From Hormoscilla sp. (GTDB lineage Bacteria; Cyanobacteriota; Cyanobacteriia; Cyanobacteriales; Desertifilaceae): a stretch of DNA of 10,097 bases. A model generated the notes under the pieces. It was not told the DNA's origin. It was given only the letters and a program-made list of their open reading frames with translations, and did no database searches. Shown here piece after piece: positions 1 through 6,900 of this stretch (position 1 is the first letter of the stretch; each line of letters opens with the position of its first letter). Made by a program: the position numbers and the translations under genes. Where the stretch lies: NCBI GenBank assembly GCA_051439505.1, contig JBFRWI010000223.1:1-10097 (forward strand), written 5' to 3'.

Positions 1-2
1 AT

Positions 3-735
3 GCGGGCACCTACAACGTGCGGGAAGTGCAGCAAGTAGGTTTCCAACAAACCACAAGCAACCCGACCATCGTGCTGCCAGCAGGGCAAGACCGGACGGG
101 AGTGAACTTCGGGAACGCCGAACTGCGAGGGTCCATCAGTGGTGTCAAGTTCCTAGATGCCAATGAAAACGGCCTCCGGGATGCGAATGAACAAACACTC
201 TCAGGTTGGACGATCTTCCTAGATACCAACAGCAATAACATCCTGGATAACAACGAACAGTCGGCAGTGACTGGGCCCGGTGGCAACTACTTATTCGACG
301 ACTTGCGGGCGGGCACCTACAACGTGCGGGAAGTGCAACAAGCCAATTTCCGGCAAACGACGACCAACCCGACCATCGTGCTGGCAGCAGGACAAGACCG
401 CACGGGAGTGAACTTCGGGAACGCCGAACTGCGAGGCTCTATCAGTGGGGTGAAGTTCTTAGATAACAACGCTGACGGCATTCGCAACGCTGAAGAAGCA
501 CTCTCAGGTTGGACCATCTTCCTGGATACCAACAACAATGGCATTCTCGACAACAACGAAACCTCAGATGTCACCGAGACAGATGGTAGCTACCGCTTCG
601 ACAACCTGCGGGCAGGCACCTACAACGTGCGGGAAATTCAGCAAACTGGTTTTGAGTCCACTAGCCCCAACCCAGTACAGGTGGTGCTGGCAGCAGGACA
701 AGACCGCACGGGAGTCAACTTTGGAAACGCTCAAA
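3..735 (+). repeat. Intragenic tandem repeats, ~306-bp period (conserved class of SdrD B-like units)
   Basis: GAACTGCGAGG recurs at 120 and 426 (period 306 bp = 102 codons). Long near-identical stretches such as GGCACCTACAACGTGCGGGAA and ACGGGAGT[GC]AACTT occur in each unit. Confidence 0.92.
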
Positions 736-2870
736 ATCGCGGTCGCATCATTGGCGAGGTATATCAGGATCTCAATCAAAACGGTCGGCGAGATCCGGGT
801 GAAGGGGGAATCGAAGGCTTCACGGTCTTTGTTGATTTCGACGGTGATAATTCCTTAGACCCAGAAGAACCAGCCGCTGTTACTAGCCGGACCGGGGGTT
901 ATTTTATTCCCAATCTGGCTCCAGACACTTACATTATCCGGGAAGTTCAGCGACCTAATTTGTTCACACAAGGGGTTCCTCAGTCCCGGACCGTTGTGTT
1001 GAATCCAGGAGAGACTGTCGATGACCAAGATTTTGGTCACCGTCCGATAGTCACAATCATTGAAGGTCGCATTCTTGGACAAGCATTCTTTGATGTCAAT
1101 GGAAACGGCATTCCGAATGTCAATGAACCGGGAATAGAGGATATCCGGGTATATCTGGATATCAACAACAACGGGAACTTCGAGTCAAACATTGATGATG
1201 AAGCCTTGACCAGTACCACTGGCGGCTACTCCTTCCCCAACTTGGATACAGGTGTGCCGTACACAGTTCGGATATTTGCGCCTCCTGGCCTTAATCCAAC
1301 TACCGCAACATCCTTCTCTAATATCATCATTTTTAATGATGGCAGCGAGAATCCTACAGCGGAGGCTCCCTCTTTCGCTTTGCAACCAAGCCGTACCGGG
1401 ATTACTGGTTTTGTCTTTAATGACCTGAACGCTGACGGCGACCCAGACGAGACCGAATTTGGTCTTTCAGGTTTCACGGTATTCGCGGATGCAAACAATA
1501 ATGGGGTCTTGGATGCGGGTGAACCTTTTGCAGTTAGTTCTGATAATGGTGGCTATGTCATCTCCGACGTGACTCCCGGTACCTATAATATCGAGCTAGT
1601 CTCCCAACCCGGTTTTTCACCAACGAGCACGGATATAGGCAATTTAGACAATGTCATCATTCCAATTCCAGCGGACGATCCTTTGTTCGCTAATTTGGGC
1701 GTCATCGGTACCGATATGATCGCAGGGACTCCTGGTGTTACTGACACCTTCCGTTTGACTATTACCCAAGTTCAGGAAATTCGGGGTTTTGTGGATGGAG
1801 AAGATTCTCTGGCGTTATCCGGTAGTCTGAATTTACAACAGCTACAGTTTCTGGGTGCTGGAGCCAATACTGAGATTCGGATCTTTGGCTCGAACCAATT
1901 GATTGCCGTGCTTCGAGGGGTGCAATCTAGCCTGATTACTGTTGCAGATTTCACTGGCTCTACAGGCGGCGTTTTCGGCAGCATCAGTGGCGTGCAATTC
2001 TTAGATGCTGACGAAGATGGCACTCGCGATTCGGGAGAACAAACACTCTCAGGTTGGACCATCTTCCTGGATAGCAACAACAATGGTGTCCTGGATAGCA
2101 ACGAACGCTCAGCAGTCACCGGGGCCAATGGTAGCTACCGCTTCGGCAACTTGTTGGCAGGCACCTACAACGTGCGGGAAGTGCAGCAAGCTGGTTTTGA
2201 ACAAACCACAAGCAACCCGACCATCGTGCTGGCAGCAGGACAAAACCGGACGGGAGTCAACCTCGGTGTAGACGAACTTTCTTCCGACGGCAGCATCAGT
2301 GGGGTGCAATTCTTAGATGCTGACGGAAATGGCACTCGCGATTCGGGAGAACAAGGATTGGCAGGTTGGACCATCTTCCTGGATAGCAACAACAATGGCC
2401 AACTGGATAGCAACGAACGCTTCGCAGTCACCGGGGCCAATGGCAGCTACTTCTTCACTGACCTGGAAGCAGGCACCTACAACGTTCGTGCGATCGCCCA
2501 AAGCGGTTTTGAACAAACCACTGCTAATTCCACAGTAAGTAACGGTACTGTCGTCAACATTGGTGTCCGCCGCGTCGATCCGATAACGGGTGCTTTAATA
2601 ACGGGTACTCCTGGCACCTCCGATACCTTCTCCTTTAGCAGCAGTTCAACTGTAGCCATTCAAGGTTTTGAGGATGGTATAGATGTGCTAGAGGTAAGTG
2701 GTGGTCTGACTTTCGAGCAGATCGATATTGTTGCGGGTACTGGCAGCAGTGCTGGTAACACTCTGATTTCGATCGAAAGCTCAAATCAGGTGATTGCTGA
2801 ATTGATTGGGGTGCAACTGGACGTAGGTGGAGTGACGATCATCGATCGCAATGATTTCATTTTCATCTAA
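3..2870 (+). CDS. Large secreted/surface repeat protein with SdrD B-like (Cna-B/prealbumin-like fold) domains and RTX/T1SS-type C-terminal module; 5'-partial
   Basis: The frame is open from nt 3 (AGTYNV..., mid-repeat), so the GTG at 18 is not the real start; stop TAA at 2868-2870. Units of about 102 aa repeat the pattern GSISGVKFLDxNxNGxRDxxE-LSGWTIFLDxNxNGxLD-E-AVTxxxGxYxFxxLxAGTYNVREVQQ, with Dx[DN]xDG-like Ca2+ loops. The C-terminus GFEDGIDVLEVSGGLTFEQI...NTLIS...IAELIGV...IDRNDFIFI resembles the ends of cyanobacterial calcium-binding RTX-like proteins. Confidence 0.88.
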   Translation, partial: AGTYNVREVQQVGFQQTTSNPTIVLPAGQDRTGVNFGNAELRGSISGVKFLDANENGLRDANEQTLSGWTIFLDTNSNNILDNNEQSAVTGPGGNYLFDDLRAGTYNVREVQQANFRQTTTNPTIVLAAGQDRTGVNFGNAELRGSISGVKFLDNNADGIRNAEEALSGWTIFLDTNNNGILDNNETSDVTETDGSYRFDNLRAGTYNVREIQQTGFESTSPNPVQVVLAAGQDRTGVNFGNAQNRGRIIGEVYQDLNQNGRRDPGEGGIEGFTVFVDFDGDNSLDPEEPAAVTSRTGGYFIPNLAPDTYIIREVQRPNLFTQGVPQSRTVVLNPGETVDDQDFGHRPIVTIIEGRILGQAFFDVNGNGIPNVNEPGIEDIRVYLDINNNGNFESNIDDEALTSTTGGYSFPNLDTGVPYTVRIFAPPGLNPTTATSFSNIIIFNDGSENPTAEAPSFALQPSRTGITGFVFNDLNADGDPDETEFGLSGFTVFADANNNGVLDAGEPFAVSSDNGGYVISDVTPGTYNIELVSQPGFSPTSTDIGNLDNVIIPIPADDPLFANLGVIGTDMIAGTPGVTDTFRLTITQVQEIRGFVDGEDSLALSGSLNLQQLQFLGAGANTEIRIFGSNQLIAVLRGVQSSLITVADFTGSTGGVFGSISGVQFLDADEDGTRDSGEQTLSGWTIFLDSNNNGVLDSNERSAVTGANGSYRFGNLLAGTYNVREVQQAGFEQTTSNPTIVLAAGQNRTGVNLGVDELSSDGSISGVQFLDADGNGTRDSGEQGLAGWTIFLDSNNNGQLDSNERFAVTGANGSYFFTDLEAGTYNVRAIAQSGFEQTTANSTVSNGTVVNIGVRRVDPITGALITGTPGTSDTFSFSSSSTVAIQGFEDGIDVLEVSGGLTFEQIDIVAGTGSSAGNTLISIESSNQVIAELIGVQLDVGGVTIIDRNDFIFI
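1974..2570 (+). repeat. Two further SdrD B-like units, 312-bp period, same DNA-level class as 3..735
   Basis: GGCAGCATCAGTGG[CG]GTGCAATTCTTAGATGCTGACG starts at 1977 and 2289. Segment 2157-2260 aligns almost base for base with 3-107. Confidence 0.9.
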
Positions 2871-2892
2871 ATCTCGTTTGACTCAGATGTTC

Positions 2893-2937
2893 ATGGGAAG
2901 CGATATCGCAGGATCTGCTGCGAAGCATCGCTCCCAT
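2893..2937. other. Imperfect stem-loop just downstream of the stop codon (possible mRNA 3' stabiliser or small dispersed repeat)
   Basis: ATGGGAAGCGAT (2893-2904) pairs with ATCGCTCCCAT (2927-2937, one bulge). Inner stem TCGCAG (2906-2911) / CTGCGA (2918-2923). Confidence 0.55.
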
Positions 2938-2971
2938 TAAGTCCCAGCTTCTTTACGGGATAATTTTGAAC

Positions 2972-3014
2972 AAAAACACAGAGGTCGCCTTTTGAGAGAC
3001 CTCTGTGTTTTTTT
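2972..3014 (+). terminator. Rho-independent terminator (potentially bidirectional)
   Basis: Perfect 15-bp inverted repeat AAAAACACAGAGGTC (2972-2986) / GACCTCTGTGTTTTT (2998-3012), 11-nt loop, T7 run 3008-3014 and A5 run on the other side; about 100 bp after the stop of the first gene. Confidence 0.88.
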
Positions 3015-3079
3015 ATGCTTCCTGCTGGTGCCAGCGCTCTTGGCGTGTGAGTGGCGTCGCCATACCTCTCGGTTAACGC

Positions 3080-3114
3080 GAGTTCGGAGTTCTCCGTTCG
3101 GAGTTGGGGATCTC
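3080..3114. repeat. Short tandem heptamer repeat (STRR-like, GAGTTCG/GTTCGGA)
   Basis: Reads GAGTTCG GAGTTCT CCGTTCG GAGTTGG GGATCTC; same family as 9728-9774. Heptamer STRRs are typical of filamentous cyanobacteria. Confidence 0.75.
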
Positions 3115-3152
3115 ACCAAATGCAATAATGCGGGTTTGAGGCATTTTCAACC

Positions 3153-3200
3153 CTGGTTCCCCGGCGGAGCCAGGGAACCAGCGGCGCGAGGCGGAGCCTC
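3153..3200. repeat. REP-like palindrome pair, copy 1
   Basis: CTGGTTCCCCGGC-GGA-GCCAGGGAACCAG (3153-3181, 13-bp arms, 1 mismatch) followed by GAGGC-GGA-GCCTC (3188-3200). A related copy lies at 3598-3626. Confidence 0.75.
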
Positions 3201-3281
3201 TAGTTGCAACAGGTGCATTCCGGTGAGTTAAAACTGAAATCTTGCACTATTGTCAAGCCCGTCAAGAACGCCTCCTGGCCC

Positions 3282-3498
3282 GGGTGTGGTCAAAAGCAGT
3301 TGGTACGGGGAGACCTTGCGAGAGGCCCGGCGTTGCTAGGAATCGGAGATCTGTCAAGTTATATCATAATTGGTCGCCCAAATGCTAGCTGCTGCGCAGC
3401 CGCTGCGCTTTTACGCAGTGCGCGTAGCGCTACGCCCCTACAAGGGTATTCTACAGCTGGTAGAACCAATAAACGATCAACGGGTTTTGACCACACCC
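3282..3498. mobile_element. 217-bp non-autonomous MITE with terminal inverted repeats and 9-bp target-site duplication
   Basis: Left end GGGTGTGGTCAAAA (3282-3295) is the perfect reverse complement of TTTTGACCACACCC (3485-3498), extending to 23 bp with 3 mismatches. Direct repeat TCCTGGCCC abuts both ends (3273-3281 and 3499-3507). No transposase ORF inside. Confidence 0.85.
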
Positions 3499-3507
3499 TC
3501 CTGGCCC

Positions 3508-3557
3508 GCCGTGGGTTAAAACCCACGGCTAATAGCTTAAGTGGGTTAAAACCCACT
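3508..3557. repeat. Double-hairpin REP-like element
   Basis: GCCGTGGGTT-AA-AACCCACGGC (3508-3529) and AGTGGGTT-AA-AACCCACT (3540-3557) share the 16-bp core GTGGGTTAAAACCCAC and are separated by TAATAGCTTA. Confidence 0.8.
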
Positions 3558-3597
3558 GGAAATCTTGTCGCTGAAAGGATGAGAGCCCATTTTTACC

Positions 3598-3626
3598 CTC
3601 GTTCCTTGGCTCTGCCAGGGAACGAG
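3598..3626. repeat. REP-like palindrome, copy 2
   Basis: CTCGTTCCTTGGC-TCT-GCCAGGGAACGAG. Its flanks (CATTTT...ACC and CGGCGC) match those of the copy at 3153-3181. Confidence 0.75.
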
Positions 3627-3917
3627 CGGCGCAGGTGGCGATCGCCATCAATAAGGGGGTGTGGTCATAAGTAGTAGCTATAGCTGGGTGCATCCCTCAC
3701 CCCCTCAGCCCCTCATAACACCCCCGAATTGGTAATTCGCTCTTCTGCATCCGTGCTCCAGACCCAACCTACAGTAGTTATGCGAAGTGTTGCTACGCCA
3801 ATCGCTCTTGGGTTAATAAGGGGTGTGGTCTTGCGCCAGTTGGTCAAAAAATGCTACACCCACGGATGGTCGGGCAGCGTAGGGATCCCGGAGCGTGCCT
3901 ACCTCAATTTGGGTGAA

Positions 3918-3984
3918 TACGCTATATTAGCGTAAGTAGCATTAAAAAAATATTTTTTTCTGGGAAAAAAGACGCGATTGAGGA
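3918..3984 (+). promoter_or_regulatory. Putative promoter/operator region and RBS of the TpsA-CHAT gene
   Basis: Inverted repeat TACGCTA-TAT-TAGCGTA (3918-3934) overlaps a -10-like TATATT (3923-3928). A7-TA-T7 palindrome at 3944-3959. GAGGA at 3980-3984 lies 7 nt before GTG 3992. Confidence 0.45.
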
Positions 3985-3991
3985 ATTAGCC

Positions 3992-6900
3992 GTGAATAGC
4001 ATCGTAAAAATGCCTCGTGTCAAGCTTCTGCTTCTAGTCACTCTGAGTTTTGCTGCCTCGGTCGGTGCTAGTCCGGCAAAGGGACAACCAATAGTCCCTG
4101 CGCCAGATGGCACTGATACCCAAATTAATAACTCTGGCGATACATATAATATTACTGGCGGTCAGCTTTCGGGCGATCGGGCTAATCTTTTCCACAGCTT
4201 CAGCCAGTTTAATCTCTCGGAAGGGCAAATCGCTAATTTTCTCTCTCACCCAGAAATTCAAAATATTCTGGGTCGGATTAATGGCGGTGACCCCTCGGTG
4301 ATTAACGGTCTGATACAAGTTACTGGGGGCAATTCTAATCTTTATTTGATGAATCCTGCGGGCATCATCTTTGGCCCTAATGCTAGTCTAGATGTTCCCG
4401 CTGCTTTTAATGCTAGCACGGCTACGGGTATTGGCTTTGATGATAACTGGTTTTATGCCTTTGGAGAAAATGATTGGGCTAGCTTGGTAGGGACGCCAAA
4501 TACTTTTAGATTTGACCCGATCGCGCCTGGAAGCATTCTCAACGAAGGCAACTTGACTGTGGCTACAGGAGAGAGTATAACTTTGCTGGGTGGCACGGTA
4601 ATCAACACGGGGACAATAAAAGCACCATCGGGGACCATTACCCTGCATGCAGTTCCCGGCCAGTCTCTACTGCGCATTTCTCAAGCAGGACAACTGCTCT
4701 CCCTAGATATTACTCCAGAAACTGACGTCCCAATTACCCCTCTGTCTTTGCCAGAATTGCTGACTGGTACAGATATAAAACATGCTAGTTCCGTAAGCGT
4801 GAACGAACAAGGACAAGTGCTATTAACGGGTTCTGGTATTACAGTTTCCCCATCTGGGGGGGTGGCGATCGCCTCTGGAACCTTGGACGGATCGTCAAGT
4901 TCCGAGACTGAACCCGCTGCTGGAGGAACGGTGCGAGTGATGGGCGGATCGGTGGGCGTGGTTGATGCCAATATTAACGTTTCTGGGGATGATGGTGGTA
5001 ATGTGCTGATTGGCGGCGATGGTACAAGTCAGGTTTATATTGGCAATGATGGGGCGATCGCGGCAGATGGGATGCGATCCAAAGGAGGTTACGTGAGAGT
5101 GGCCGCAGAAGAAATGACGGGTTTCTACGGCACCATCACTGCCCGTGGGGATAGTTCAGCAGCAACTAATGGGGGGCGCGTGGAGGTGATAGGCCGAGGG
5201 GGTCTAGATGTGACAAATGCCTCAGTTGACGCCAGTGCTCTACGAGGCAATCAAGGAACATGGCTGTTAGAATCTGGTAATATCATTATTGGCAATAATC
5301 TGTTAGAGGGAGAGATTGCCGATATTTTCGATCGTACAGAAGCGATGGTTAATGCAGACGATATCTCCTCGGCTTTAGATAATGGAACCAATGTTACGAT
5401 CGCGTCTCGCCCTGTTGGTAGTACGCAGCATTTCGGACAAATAACTGTAATCTCAGCAATTAAGAAAACCGATGGCGTTCAGAATACCCTCTCCCTGAAT
5501 GCTGCTAATGAAATTTTTGTTAATGGCCAAATTATTTCTGATGCTGGCAAGCTGAATGTATTGGTGTCTGCTGGAGGTGATATTACTTTTGACTCGGCAA
5601 GCATATTCTCTAATGGCGGGTATATTCGCTTGACTAGCAACTCCTCTAACATCTTCGCGGGTGAGATAAGATCCGGGTCTTTAGAAGGAGGAAATGGCGG
5701 TGATATTACTCTGGAAGCATCATCAGGCGCGATCGCAACTGGCAATATAGATTCTAGCGCATTTATACAATCCCGGGGCGGAAATGTTGAATTGCGGGCC
5801 TCCGATAATATAACGACGGGGAATATTAATGCTGCCGGACCTATATCTAGTGGAGATATTACGTTGAAGGGTCCAGTTATTCTGGAACGGGATATATTAA
5901 TTGAATCGGGGAATGGTGGTAGCATTACTTTTGAGGGAACTGTTGACGGCAATCAACAATTGACGTTAAATTCAGGCACAGGCACAGTCCAGTTTAACGA
6001 TACCGTGGGCAAGGATATTCGCTTAAGTGGTCTGGATATTGTATCTGAAAATATTGGGATAGCTGATGGGGTGTATACTGGCGGGGACCAAAGGTTTGAG
6101 GGGTTGATAACCCTGACAGAAAGTGCTACATTTGATGCCGGTAGTGGGACGATCGCGTTCCATGAGGATTTAAGGGCTGATGCGGCTAACCTGACCATAA
6201 CTGCGGATGAAATTGAGATAATGGGGTTCCTTAGAGGTAGCGGCAGTTTATTATTGCAACCGGGAACGCGGAGTCGGAATATAGCCTTGGGAAGTGATAG
6301 AGAAACAGAAAGTTTGTCCTTGACAAATAGCGAATTAAATGCTATAGAAGATTGGCTAAATATCACGATCGGGCGTAGTAATAGCAGAGGTAGAATTACG
6401 GTAACGGGGGACGTGAGCTTCAAAACGCCGGAGGTGAAGTTGCGATCGCCCGTATGGAGAGGTGCGATCGACAGCAGTAATGGCACGATAACCAACAGGG
6501 GATCGATCGAGTTGCAAGCGAGTGCAAATATAGCAAGCGGAAATATTACTGCCGGTAACTCGATCGGGATAGTAAGCGAAAGGGGTAATGTGGATACGAG
6601 GGGCGGGACTATCTCCGGAGGGGCGATCGCAATTACTGCTGCTGAAGATGTTAATGTAGGAAATATATCTGCATCTGCACGGAATGGAGGAAATGGGGGC
6701 AATATTTATATAGAGGCGGGCGGAAGTATAAATGGAGAACCGGGAACGAAGATCGACGCGGTTTCGGTAGAGGGTGAGGGAGGAAATATTACTCTGGGAA
6801 GTGGAAGGGATATTCACACCAGCAACCTGAATAGCAGCGGACAAAATGGGGGTGGTGATATTACCCTGAATAGTAGCGGTAATATTGATACAAGCTCTGG

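Noticed and set aside
18..20. GTG start of the 950-aa ORF as given in the ORF track
   Set aside because: The frame is open from nt 3 and the codon is the V of the repeat motif AGTYNVREVQQ; the gene starts upstream of the window.
11..2659. Many short antisense and alternate-frame ORFs, some similar to each other (e.g. 11..286, 317..574, 2165..2440)
   Set aside because: Shadows of the repetitive + strand gene; their mutual similarity simply mirrors the SdrD B-like repeats.
3211..3248. GTGCA...TGCAC inverted ends as another MITE
   Set aside because: Only about 6 bp of complementarity and no target-site duplication; not distinguishable from chance here.
3694..3715. CCCTCA x3 with 8-bp period
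   Set aside because: Too short and low-complexity to call as a separate feature.
2937..3935. Intergenic ORFs (2992..3231, 3204..3674, 3359..3556, 3729..3935, 2937..3125), including a possible transposase remnant
   Set aside because: They run through the terminator, heptamer repeats, MITE and hairpins; no DDE or HUH motifs and no recognisable domain.
3940..3990. Riboswitch (e.g. c-di-GMP-I) in the leader of the exoprotein gene, prompted by GAAAAAAGACGC
   Set aside because: The other conserved elements and paired stems are not present; an Rfam/Infernal scan would be needed to overturn this.
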